Of a stretch of DNA of 64,000 nucleotides, positions 1-8,339 are shown in pieces; within the stretch, counting starts at the first letter, position 1; each line of letters starts with the position of its first letter. The translations under genes were made by a program, and so were the position numbers. The notes below the pieces were generated by a model. That model was not told where the DNA came from. It did no database searches and was given only the letters and a program-made list of their open reading frames with translations. The stretch lies in the IMG/VR virus record IMGVR_UViG_3300044449_000227. The stretch is one strand, 5' to 3'. This DNA comes from a virus.

Positions 1-450
1 GGGCTGACCTGGGTGAAGACCCAGAAGCGCCTGACCACGAGCGACCTTTTCGGGCTGCGGCCCGAGCACGTCTTCAAGGGCCTCGGCTACTGGTCGCGCG
101 GCAATCCCGAATGGGCCTTGCTGGCGACCCGCGGCAAGCCCGCGCGGCGGGCGGGGGCGACCAACGTCGACGAGCTGCTCTTCGCCCCGCGCCGCGCGCA
201 CAGTCAGAAGCCCGACGAAGCGGCGGCGCGCTTCGCCGCCCTGGTCGCTGGCCCCTGCGTCGAGCTGTTCGCGCGCCGCCGCCGGACCGACGCGGACACC
301 TGGGGCAACCAGCTCGACCGCTTCGACGCCTTTCGGCCCCCGATCTACTGCGCCCCGGCGGAGACGACCCGGGAGGAAGCCGACCGGCTGCGGATCGAGC
401 GGCTCTTCGGTGCCGGCGGTGCTGGAAAGTCCGGGGAGGATGCCGCGTGA
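1..450 (+). CDS. MT-A70 family adenine methyltransferase, 5' truncated by window edge
   Basis: Frame open from base 1 (GLTWVKT); GLGYWSRGNPEWALLATRGKP, HSQKP, CVELFARR and WGNQ are the C-terminal MT-A70 motifs. Confidence 0.85.
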   Translation, partial: GLTWVKTQKRLTTSDLFGLRPEHVFKGLGYWSRGNPEWALLATRGKPARRAGATNVDELLFAPRRAHSQKPDEAAARFAALVAGPCVELFARRRRTDADTWGNQLDRFDAFRPPIYCAPAETTREEADRLRIERLFGAGGAGKSGEDAA

Positions 451-716
451 GCCGCCTGCCGCTCTCCCGCCGCACGTCCGCGCCCGTGGAGGTTCACGCC
501 TGCGCGCACGAGGGCTGCCGGGCGCGCGTGCGCGCCGCGTGGATGTTCTGCCCGGAGCACTTCCGGGCGCTCGACCTGCAGCGCCGGGCCGCCGTGGTCC
601 AGGCGGTGGCGGCCGGCCGCGACTCCTCGCGCTGGCACGAGACGGCCGCGGCCTGCAGCGCCTTCCTGCGCCTCCAGGCGCAGCCCGCCTTCGGGCAGCG
701 GAGCCTGGAGCTGTGA
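447..716 (+). CDS. Small phage protein with Cys/His (Zn-binding-like) motif
   Basis: GTGA overlap with upstream stop; CAHEGC...FCPEH motif. Confidence 0.6.
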   Translation: MSRLPLSRRTSAPVEVHACAHEGCRARVRAAWMFCPEHFRALDLQRRAAVVQAVAAGRDSSRWHETAAACSAFLRLQAQPAFGQRSLEL

Positions 717-745
717 CCCCGGAGCCCGAGACGGAGGACCCGACG

Positions 746-1237
746 ATGTCGGACCGAAACCTGTTGGAGGAGGCGACCGAGCCGGAGGTGCCCGCCTCCG
801 GCCTGATCCCGCTTTTCGCCGGGTGGGAGGAACTGAGCGAGGTGATGGCGGTCGGCGAACTCGACGGCGGGCCGCAGGCGATCGAAGGGCTGCCCGACGA
901 TCCGGAGGCGGCCGAGTCCCTGGTCCGCCGCTGGCTGACCGAGAATGCCGTGGTGCGCCGGTCCTGGAAGTGCCTGGCGCTGCTGCCGCAGGACTGGCCG
1001 GACAGCGCGGCCCGAAGCGACAGGGAGGGCGACCGGCGGCGGATCGATCCGGCGGACCCGCACAAGATCCCGGACGGGTGGGACGCCGAGCTGGCCGTCT
1101 ACCAGACCTGCGATGCGGACGACCCGCTGGCGACCGAGGTCACGCTGCTGGCGTGGCCCGGCTGGGACGGCCTCGAAGACTGGCTGGCGAACGAGAGCCG
1201 GCAGGGCGAGGTGGCCGGGCAGGGGAGCTTCGTCTGA
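746..1237 (+). CDS. Hypothetical phage protein
   Basis: GGAGG RBS before ATG 746; acidic sequence; stop overlaps the next start. Confidence 0.65.
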   Translation: MSDRNLLEEATEPEVPASGLIPLFAGWEELSEVMAVGELDGGPQAIEGLPDDPEAAESLVRRWLTENAVVRRSWKCLALLPQDWPDSAARSDREGDRRRIDPADPHKIPDGWDAELAVYQTCDADDPLATEVTLLAWPGWDGLEDWLANESRQGEVAGQGSFV

Positions 1238-1497
1238 TGGCGGCCAAGGCGAGCGGGCCGCCGAAGGCGCGGCCGGAGACCGAGGCGGAGCGGCTGCGAC
1301 GCTGCGGCCTGATGGCGCTGGCCGAGCTGCTGGAGCTGGCGGACCGGACGGAGGGGCGGCCCGGCGCGGACGCCGCCTATGTCGCCGCCCGGCGGGCGGC
1401 GGCCGAGCTGTCCGACTGGCTGGAGGGCGCGGAGCGCGCTGGCCCGAATGTGCGCGCGGAGCGCGACGCAGCGGCGGAGGGGCAGGCTGCCGCATGA
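1237..1497 (+). CDS. Hypothetical phage protein
   Basis: TGATG coupling upstream and ATGA coupling downstream. Confidence 0.6.
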   Translation: MAAKASGPPKARPETEAERLRRCGLMALAELLELADRTEGRPGADAAYVAARRAAAELSDWLEGAERAGPNVRAERDAAAEGQAAA

Positions 1498-1976
1498 GCT
1501 GGACGCCGGAGCAGATCGAGAACCTGCGCTTCTATTGGGGGCGCGGCACCAGCGCGGCCTCGATCGGGCTGATCGTCGGCAAGTCGAAGAATGCGGTGGT
1601 CGGCAAGGCGCATCGCCTCGGCCTGACAGGCCGGGACTGGCCGATCGCGGCGCCCGTCAGCGCCGAGACGAAGGCCGCGCGGGCGCGCAAGAAGGCGGCC
1701 AAGAGCAACCGCAGGCCGCCCAAGACCTTCCGTCCAATGGAGGTCGCGCGCGAGCCGAAGCGGCCGGGCGCCCCGTGCCTCTGGCCGGCGGACATGGACG
1801 GCGGGCCGTCGCGCGATGCCGCCGGCAACCTCGTCGTCTGCGGACAACCTCGGCACGGCGACAAGCCCTACTGCGCCGCGCACTGTCGGCGCGCCTACGT
1901 GCGGAAGCGCGGCGAGCGCGTGACGCCCTGGTCGCCGGGCTTGGAAGGCGCCGCCGGCGCCGAGGAGGCGGCGTGA
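1494..1976 (+). CDS. gcrA: GcrA family cell-cycle regulator homologue
   Basis: MSWTPEQIENLR...SAASIG...SKNAVVGKAHRLGL N-terminal HTH and C-terminal CLWP...VCG...YCAAHCRRAY. Confidence 0.9.
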   Translation: MSWTPEQIENLRFYWGRGTSAASIGLIVGKSKNAVVGKAHRLGLTGRDWPIAAPVSAETKAARARKKAAKSNRRPPKTFRPMEVAREPKRPGAPCLWPADMDGGPSRDAAGNLVVCGQPRHGDKPYCAAHCRRAYVRKRGERVTPWSPGLEGAAGAEEAA

Positions 1977-2857
1977 GCAGGCTCAAGTCGGCCCTTCGGT
2001 ACTATGGCGGGAAGGCGGCTCTGGCGCCGCGCATCATTGCCGAGTTGCCCGAGCATCGTGTCTATGTCGAGCCCTTCGGCGGCGGCGCCTCGGTGCTGTT
2101 GGCGAAGACACCGGCGCCCTATCGCGAAGTCTTCAACGACCTCGATGGGGAGGTGGTCGACTTCTTCCGGGTGCTGCGTGACCCGCTTCTTGCAGCGGAG
2201 CTGGAGCGGCTGCTGCGTCTGACCCCCTACGCCCGCGCGGAGTTCCTGGCGGCGTACGAGTCGGTCGAAGGCACCGGGCCGGACGCGCGACTGGAGCGGG
2301 CGCGACGGCTCGTTGTGCGGAGCTTTCAGGGCTACGGCTCGGGGGGGGTGTTCAGCAAGACCGGCTTTCGCAGCGGAAACCGCAGAACCTCGGTCGACAG
2401 CACGCGATCTTGGGCCGCCTACCCGGACCGCCTCGCCGCGCTCTCGGCGCGCCTCCAGGGGGTCTGCATCGAGGAAATGGATGCATCGGCGCTGATCCGC
2501 CGCGAAGACGGACCCGAAACCCTCTTCTACGTCGATCCGCCCTACGTGCACGAGACGCGCAATGGCGGCGCTCCCGGCGGTGCTGTCGGCAACCCGTATT
2601 GCCGAAAGGGCTACAGGCACGAGCTGAGCGATGCCGACCACGAGCGACTGGCGTCCGTGCTGCGCGAGTGCGAGGGCATGGTCGCATTGTCCGGCTACCG
2701 CTCGGCGCTCTACGACCGGCTTTTCCACGCTTGGCCCCGGCTGGAGCTCTCCGCCTTTGCGGACGGCGCGTCGGCCCGTACCGAGGTGCTGTGGTTCAAC
2801 CCGGCCGCCTGGGCCCGCCGCGGCGTCTTCTTCAACTGGCTGGGAGGCGCCGCATGA
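1973..2857 (+). CDS. D12-class N6-adenine DNA methyltransferase (Dam-like)
   Basis: YYGGK, YVEPFGGGASV, FNDLD and FYVDPPY motifs; GTGA start overlap. Confidence 0.92.
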   Translation: MSRLKSALRYYGGKAALAPRIIAELPEHRVYVEPFGGGASVLLAKTPAPYREVFNDLDGEVVDFFRVLRDPLLAAELERLLRLTPYARAEFLAAYESVEGTGPDARLERARRLVVRSFQGYGSGGVFSKTGFRSGNRRTSVDSTRSWAAYPDRLAALSARLQGVCIEEMDASALIRREDGPETLFYVDPPYVHETRNGGAPGGAVGNPYCRKGYRHELSDADHERLASVLRECEGMVALSGYRSALYDRLFHAWPRLELSAFADGASARTEVLWFNPAAWARRGVFFNWLGGAA

Positions 2858-2895
2858 GCGGTGGGCCGTACCGGCTGGTGGCCGGCAGATCTTCA

Positions 2896-4050
2896 TCAGG
2901 TGAGCTGCAATTCGCGCAGCGCGTGGTCTATGTGCCCAGCAGCGGATCGGTAGTGGCCAACGGCGTCACGAAGGCGCTCATCGACCTCATCGGCCGAGAC
3001 TGGTGCTTGGTTCCGCCCGTTGGCGCGTATCGCGTTCCTGACCATCGCCTTGGCGTCTTGTGCTCGTTTGATGCCTCTCTGGCTCTCTTCGCGCGCACTC
3101 TGCAGGCTCTTGGCCACGTGGTCTTCCAGGGTCAACTTTGCCAGATCCGGCGTCGTGCACAGTCTCAGTTGTTCTATGATCGGTGTGTACATTGTGCTGA
3201 TGCGACTTTCGGCCCGCTGAAGCCCAGCTTCGCTCGGGTTTCCCGCGTTGGCCGCAAGAATTTCGGAAACTTCGTCAGGTCGTCCCTCACTATTCCGAAG
3301 TCGATTGGCCATTCTTTGCCAGTCGTTCGCGACATCCCGCATGGCGCGCTGGGCGGTCTCGAAGCGTTGCCGTTTCTGTTTGGCGTGCCCGTGGAAATGG
3401 TGCCACGTCGGGATGCCGGCCGCGATGGCGATGGCCAGGATGGAAAACACCGCCTGCACGGCCGCCCAGGTCTCCGCCCGCGTGCTGGGAAGAAGCGCCC
3501 CGAAGCCGGGCCAACCTGTTCCGGTGCTAGCCCATATGCCGCGGCGCGCGTCATAGGCCTCGCGTTCGGCGGCGGCGTAGGTCGCGGCGAGGCTCTGGTC
3601 TCCGTCGCGCGGGTCTCGGGTGAAGGTCCGGTATTCGCTGGCCAGGCCGGCCGCGACGACGGCCAGGGCGAGATCGGCCCCGGCGAGGGTGCGACACACG
3701 GCGACCAGGCGGCTCTTGTGCTTGTCGCGCGGCGCGCAGCGGATCGTTGGCAGCTCTGCGCCCGGCTCGAAGCCGAGTGCCAGGTCGAGCGCCATGCGCG
3801 AGGGCCAGCCTTCGCTCGCGTCGCGCATCTCGGGTGCGGAGATACCCCAGAGCCTGACCCGGATGCCGCCGCCGGCGAGGTCGGCCGGCTCGGTGACCTC
3901 GAGCCACAGCGTGTCGCCATCCCACGCCACGGCGCGGCCTTCGACGACCGGCAGGTCGAGGAGCTGATCCGGCTTCAGCGTCTTGGCGGTCGCTGGCGGA
4001 GCGAGCCCGAAAGCGCCGACCACGGCGAGGACTGCAATCAATGCGCGCAT
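2896..4050 (-). CDS. Thermonuclease (SNase-like) protein with signal peptide, internal TM helix and C-terminal helical domain
   Basis: Hydrophobic N-terminus; WDGDTL, VRLWGISAPE, RLVAVC, VAAGLA and AEREAYDARRGIW are SNase motifs; WAAVQAVFSILAIAIAAGIPTW is a TM segment. Confidence 0.8.
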   Translation of the reverse strand: MRALIAVLAVVGAFGLAPPATAKTLKPDQLLDLPVVEGRAVAWDGDTLWLEVTEPADLAGGGIRVRLWGISAPEMRDASEGWPSRMALDLALGFEPGAELPTIRCAPRDKHKSRLVAVCRTLAGADLALAVVAAGLASEYRTFTRDPRDGDQSLAATYAAAEREAYDARRGIWASTGTGWPGFGALLPSTRAETWAAVQAVFSILAIAIAAGIPTWHHFHGHAKQKRQRFETAQRAMRDVANDWQRMANRLRNSEGRPDEVSEILAANAGNPSEAGLQRAESRISTMYTPIIEQLRLCTTPDLAKLTLEDHVAKSLQSAREESQRGIKRAQDAKAMVRNAIRANGRNQAPVSADEVDERLRDAVGHYRSAAGHIDHALRELQLT

Positions 4051-4107
4051 GACGGGAAGTCTGCCCGAGGCGGTCGCGAGTGTCGACGGCCGTTACGCGC
4101 GACCGGT

Positions 4108-4647
4108 TTAGGCGACGTCGGGCAGCAGCAGCTCCAGGTCGACCTGCAGGGCCTCGGCCAGGGCGCGCCAGGCGTCCAGGCTGCCCTTTCGGGTGCCGGC
4201 GGCGAGCTGGGAGACGTAGGCCTGGGAGAGGCCGGCGCGCGCCGCCAGATCCTTCTGGGTCATGTCGCGCGCCGGAGGCAGGACCGCCAGGGGCGACTCG
4301 CCGGCGACCAGGCGGGCCATGACCTCGGCCGGCAAGTCCGCCTCGCGCGGCGCGGCGAGCGCGGCGCGGGCGTCCCGGACATCCTGGGCGGCGGCCTGGG
4401 CATCGGCCTCGGCGTCGTCGTCATGGGGGGCGCCGGCCGCAGGGGCGGCGTGCGCCAGGCGGTTGCGCAGGCGTGCGGGCAGCTCGTCGAGGGCGAAGAG
4501 CGCGTAGGCGCGCGGCCCCTCGCCCAGGTCGAGGGTCAGGACGCCGCTCGGGTCGGGCAGGCCGGCCTTGCGGGGCGCGGTCTTCGGGGGGGCGGTCTTG
4601 CGGGGCGCGTACTTCTGAGGCGCGTTCTTCGGGGCCATGGTGGTCAT
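4108..4647 (-). CDS. XRE-family HTH antitoxin (HigA-like)
   Basis: MTQKDLAARAGLSQAYVSQLAAGTRKGS HTH; lies directly downstream of a RelE-family gene. Confidence 0.85.
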   Translation of the reverse strand: MTTMAPKNAPQKYAPRKTAPPKTAPRKAGLPDPSGVLTLDLGEGPRAYALFALDELPARLRNRLAHAAPAAGAPHDDDAEADAQAAAQDVRDARAALAAPREADLPAEVMARLVAGESPLAVLPPARDMTQKDLAARAGLSQAYVSQLAAGTRKGSLDAWRALAEALQVDLELLLPDVA

Positions 4648-4695
4648 CTTCCGTCTTCGCTCTCCGCTAACTCGGGATATGGGGCCGGCGCTGGC

Positions 4696-4953
4696 CTAGC
4701 GGTAGACCTCGCGCCGGTGCGCCACCTTGGCGACGCGGAGCGTGTCGCCCTCTTGGGCATAGACGACCCGGTAGTCGCCGACGCGCAGCCGGTAGAGCTT
4801 CGGATCGCTGTTCTGCAGCGCCTTCACCTGGGTCGCCAGGGACTGCGGGTCTGCGGCGAGCTGGTCGAGCTTGGCGAGGATCGCCTGCGCGACCTGACGC
4901 GGCAGCTTGCGCAGTTGCTTGGCGGCGGCGGGGGTGAAAGCGATCTGCGTCAT
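4696..4953 (-). CDS. relE: RelE/ParE family type II toxin
   Basis: IAFTPAAAKQLRKL...YRLRVGDYRVVY...VAHRREVYR. Confidence 0.92.
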   Translation of the reverse strand: MTQIAFTPAAAKQLRKLPRQVAQAILAKLDQLAADPQSLATQVKALQNSDPKLYRLRVGDYRVVYAQEGDTLRVAKVAHRREVYR

Positions 4954-4958
4954 GCCTT

Positions 4959-4981
4959 GAATATAGCTATTTGCTATATTC
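4959..4981. promoter_or_regulatory. Palindromic operator of the toxin-antitoxin operon
   Basis: GAATATAGC-TATTT-GCTATATTC, a perfect 9-bp inverted repeat 5 nt upstream of the toxin start. Confidence 0.7.
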
Positions 4982-5048
4982 GACGCAAGGAAAAACTTTG
5001 CAATCCGCTAATTTTCTACGCGCGCCGGCCGGCGCCGGGAGGTGCCGC

Positions 5049-5936
5049 GTGCGCGAACTGATCGTCGACTCGTTTGCCGGCGAAGTGGCTTCGCCGTATG
5101 CGCTTCCTGATGGCCCCGTCGCCATCCAGTTCTCGGGTGGGCGCACCTCCGCCTACATGCTCCGGCACATCCTGGATGCGCACGACGGTCAACTTCCGCC
5201 CGACTGCCACGTCCTGTTCCAGAATACCGGCCGCGAAATGCCGGAGACGCTCGATTTCGTGCAGGAGTGCGGGACCCGCTGGGGTGTGCGGATCGTCTGG
5301 ATCGAGTACCGGGACAAAGCCGAGGTGGCGAGCGGATACGAGGTTGTCAGCCACAACTCGGCCAGCCGCAACGGCGAGCCCTTCGCCGCGCTGATCCGCA
5401 AACGGAAGTTCCTCCCCAACCAGCAGGCTCGATTTTGCACGCAGGAACTGAAGGTCATCCCGGCGAAGCGCTGGTTGCTTGATCGAGGCTACCAGCATTG
5501 GTCCGCGGCGATCGGCATTCGAGCGGATGAAAGACGCCGCGCAAAGGCGACAGCCGATCCGACCCACACCTGCTTCTGGCCGCTGATCGACGCGGGCGTG
5601 TCGAAGCGGGATGTGGGGGCCTGGTGGTCCGCCCAGCCCTTCGATCTCAATCTCCCGAACGTCAACGGCTCGACCCCGCTCGGCAACTGCGACGGCTGTT
5701 TCCTGCGATCGGAAAGGGTTCGCGCATTCCTGGCGCGCTACTACCCGCAACGCGCCGCGTGGTGGGACGGCTTTGAACAAGAGATCGGGGCAGAAACGCC
5801 CAACGGCTACGCGCGCTTCGACCGCCGCATGTCCTGGTCAGCGCTCATCGCGCACGCAGAGCAGCAGGCCGATTGGGTCTTCGACGAAGGCGCGGGCATG
5901 TACTGCGAGACCGGGTTCGGGGGCTGCCATGACTAA
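5049..5936 (+). CDS. PAPS-reductase family (adenine nucleotide alpha-hydrolase) phage protein
   Basis: FSGGRTSAYML PP-loop, NTGREMPETLDF, RFCTQELK, GIRADE and GNCDGCF. Confidence 0.85.
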   Translation: MRELIVDSFAGEVASPYALPDGPVAIQFSGGRTSAYMLRHILDAHDGQLPPDCHVLFQNTGREMPETLDFVQECGTRWGVRIVWIEYRDKAEVASGYEVVSHNSASRNGEPFAALIRKRKFLPNQQARFCTQELKVIPAKRWLLDRGYQHWSAAIGIRADERRRAKATADPTHTCFWPLIDAGVSKRDVGAWWSAQPFDLNLPNVNGSTPLGNCDGCFLRSERVRAFLARYYPQRAAWWDGFEQEIGAETPNGYARFDRRMSWSALIAHAEQQADWVFDEGAGMYCETGFGGCHD

Positions 5937-6033
5937 GCACAGATCTCGCATCTGCGTGGCGGCCCGCGCGCCGGAACCCGGGCGCGGTCGAGCGTCCGCG
6001 CCGCGGACCGACGTCGGGGGAGACGCCTAGAGC

Positions 6034-7701
6034 ATGGGGGTGCCAGTGGAAAGCGACGGTGACAACGTCGTCCACCTGAAGGAAGCCGAGGCGCCGCCGC
6101 CGTCCGACCTGGAGCTGGCGGGGCTGGACCGGAACGACCTGGGCAACGGGCGGCGCCTGGTCGCGCGCTTCGGCGACGACGTGCTGGTCGTCAACGAAGA
6201 GTACGACCCGGGCGGCAAGGGCCACGGCTGGCGCGTGTGGGACGGCCGCCGCTGGGCGGAGGAGGGGGCTTGGGCCCGCATGCGGGACTACGCCGCGCGC
6301 ACGGCCGAGGCGATCCACGGCGAGTACGACGCGCTCGCCAAGGCGGACCCGGAGCCGGACGTCGCCGAGCTGGTCGCCCAGGGGCACACGAAGACGGATG
6401 CCAAGGAGCTGCACGCCGCCTGGAAACGCCGGGTCGGCAACCACAAGGCCTGGGCGATCTCCTCCGGCATGTCGGCGCGCCTGTCCGGCATGGTGGCGGC
6501 GGCGGCGCCGGCGCTGGCCGTCTCGCGCGACGCGCTGGACCGCGACCCGCTGCTGGTCAACACGCCGAGCGGCGTCCTGCGGCTAGGCTGGCGCGGGACG
6601 ATCGGCGGTCGGGAGACCTTGGGCGAAGAGCCCGGCGAGCCCTTCGTGCAACTGCTGCCGCACGCCCGCGGCCTGCGCCTGACCTACCTGGCCGGCTCCG
6701 GCCCGCCGCTCGACGCCGCCGGGGAGGGCGGCCCGCTCGGGCGCTGGCGGGAGCTGGCCCCGCGCTTCGCCGCCTACCTGGACGAGGTGCAGCCCGACCC
6801 GGCGATCCGCGCCTTCCTGCAGCGCTGGGCGGGCTACTGCCTGACCGGCCTGACCGGCGAGCAGAAGATCGTCTGCTTTCACGGCGAGGGCGCCAACGGC
6901 AAGTCGACCTTCGTCAACCTGCTGCACGGCCTGTTGGGCGAGTACGCGCGCACGCTGCCCTTCGACTCTTTGGGGTTCACCATCGGGGCGCGGGGCGGGC
7001 AGCCGCAGCCGGAGATCGCGCGCCTGCCCGGCAGCCGGGCGGTCATCGCGAGCGAGCCGAAGATCGGGCTGAAGCTGGCGGAGGACGTGATCAAGATGCA
7101 CACGGGCGGCGAGCCGGTGCTGGTGCGCGGCCTCTACAGCGACCCCTTCGAGTTCGTCGCGACCCACAAGCTGATCCTCTCCTTCAACAACAAGCCGAAG
7201 ATCGTGGCGCAGGACCACGGCACCTGGCGGCGCATCCTGATGGTGCCGTGGGAGACGATCGTGCCCGAGGAGCGGCAGGTGAAGCATCTGGAGAAGACGC
7301 TGCTGGCCGAGGAGGGGGCGGGGATCTGGCATTGGCTGCTGGACGGCTTCCGCGACTACGTCGAGCGCGGCCTGTCGCCGCCGGACCGGGTGCGCGCGGC
7401 GACCGACGCCTATCGCGCCGAGGGCGACCCGCTGGCCGACTTCCTCGAGAGCGGCTGGGTGATGCTCCGGCCGGAGGCGACGGTGACCGCCCGGCGCCTC
7501 TACCAGGCCTATCAGCTCTGGTGCCAGGACAACGCGCGGGAGCCGGTGAGCGAGACCCGCTTCGGCAAGCGCATGCCCGAGATCGAGGGCATCGAGCGCG
7601 AGAAGCAGGGCGTCATGGTCTACACGGGCATCGAGCTGGAGCCCGAGGCCATCGTGCGCATCGAGAAGCGCGAGCACTTCGGAGAGGGGGAGGGACCATG
7701 A
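6034..7701 (+). CDS. P4-family/D5-like SF3 helicase (phage/plasmid primase-helicase C-terminal part)
   Basis: D5-N region (NDLGNGRRL...WDGRRW), Walker A GEGANGKST, HTGGE and FNNKP, GTWRRI, C-terminal winged helix. Confidence 0.92.
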   Translation: MGVPVESDGDNVVHLKEAEAPPPSDLELAGLDRNDLGNGRRLVARFGDDVLVVNEEYDPGGKGHGWRVWDGRRWAEEGAWARMRDYAARTAEAIHGEYDALAKADPEPDVAELVAQGHTKTDAKELHAAWKRRVGNHKAWAISSGMSARLSGMVAAAAPALAVSRDALDRDPLLVNTPSGVLRLGWRGTIGGRETLGEEPGEPFVQLLPHARGLRLTYLAGSGPPLDAAGEGGPLGRWRELAPRFAAYLDEVQPDPAIRAFLQRWAGYCLTGLTGEQKIVCFHGEGANGKSTFVNLLHGLLGEYARTLPFDSLGFTIGARGGQPQPEIARLPGSRAVIASEPKIGLKLAEDVIKMHTGGEPVLVRGLYSDPFEFVATHKLILSFNNKPKIVAQDHGTWRRILMVPWETIVPEERQVKHLEKTLLAEEGAGIWHWLLDGFRDYVERGLSPPDRVRAATDAYRAEGDPLADFLESGWVMLRPEATVTARRLYQAYQLWCQDNAREPVSETRFGKRMPEIEGIEREKQGVMVYTGIELEPEAIVRIEKREHFGEGEGP

Positions 7702-8072
7702 GCGCACGAGGCCATGCGCTGGAGGCTTGGAGGCCGCCGACCCCTCCCGCTGAACAGCCTGCACGGGCGTGCCCGCATTGCCTCGGCGAAGGCTTCGTGC
7801 AGCGGTGGTGCGGGGCGCTCGATGCCTGCCCGGACTGTGCGGCCGCGGCCGAGGCGCGCTTCGCGCTGCGGCCCGGCCGGGCGGCGCCTGGAGGGCTGGA
7901 GGCCGCCGACCCTCCCCTTGAGAGCAAGACCGGCGGCGCCGGCGGCAAGGACTGGCGTCCTCCCTGGCGGCCGCGGGGCGGCGGGGCGTTCGCGACGGGT
8001 TCGCGAAATCCGGAGGGTTTGGAGGGTTCTGGAGGGTTGATCGCAAACCCTCCAGCGGCGCTAAGCCGTTGA
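7698..8072 (+). CDS. Small Zn-finger protein
   Basis: ATGA coupling; CPHC...CPDC; 3' end runs into the repeat array. Confidence 0.5.
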   Translation: MSARGHALEAWRPPTPPAEQPARACPHCLGEGFVQRWCGALDACPDCAAAAEARFALRPGRAAPGGLEAADPPLESKTGGAGGKDWRPPWRPRGGGAFATGSRNPEGLEGSGGLIANPPAALSR

Positions 8073-8297
8073 AATTCATGCGCGTCTAGGCGCGCCTGGA
8101 GGGTCTGGAGGGTTCGGGGCGCGCGGCGCGCACAGAGGGAAAGTCTGTCCGGAATTTCCTTCACGTGCACCCGACCCTTTCAACTCTCCAACCCTCCAAG
8201 AAGAAGGGGGAAAGAGAAAAAGGCATTGAAAGACAGGAGGTTGCGGCGGCTGGAGGGTTTGAGACCAACCCTCCAGAACCCTCCAAACCCTCCGGAT
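8008..8297. repeat. Iteron-like array with 49-bp inverted repeats (putative replication origin)
   Basis: About 12 GGAGGGTT/AACCCTCC units in both orientations; 8008-8056 and 8249-8297 are reverse complements with 2 mismatches. Confidence 0.8.
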
Positions 8298-8339
8298 CGG
8301 CGATTGGTCTCTGGCGATCAGCGAGCGGGAGTGAAGCAG

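Noticed and set aside
2410-5061. 883-aa plus-strand ORF
   Set aside because: Shadow of three well-supported minus-strand genes in GC-rich DNA; no motifs
8008-8297. Repeat array as CRISPR or telomere/G-quadruplex
   Set aside because: Units are 8-9 bp, abut each other and occur in both orientations, with no unique spacers and no cas genes; only three adjacent GGG runs per cluster
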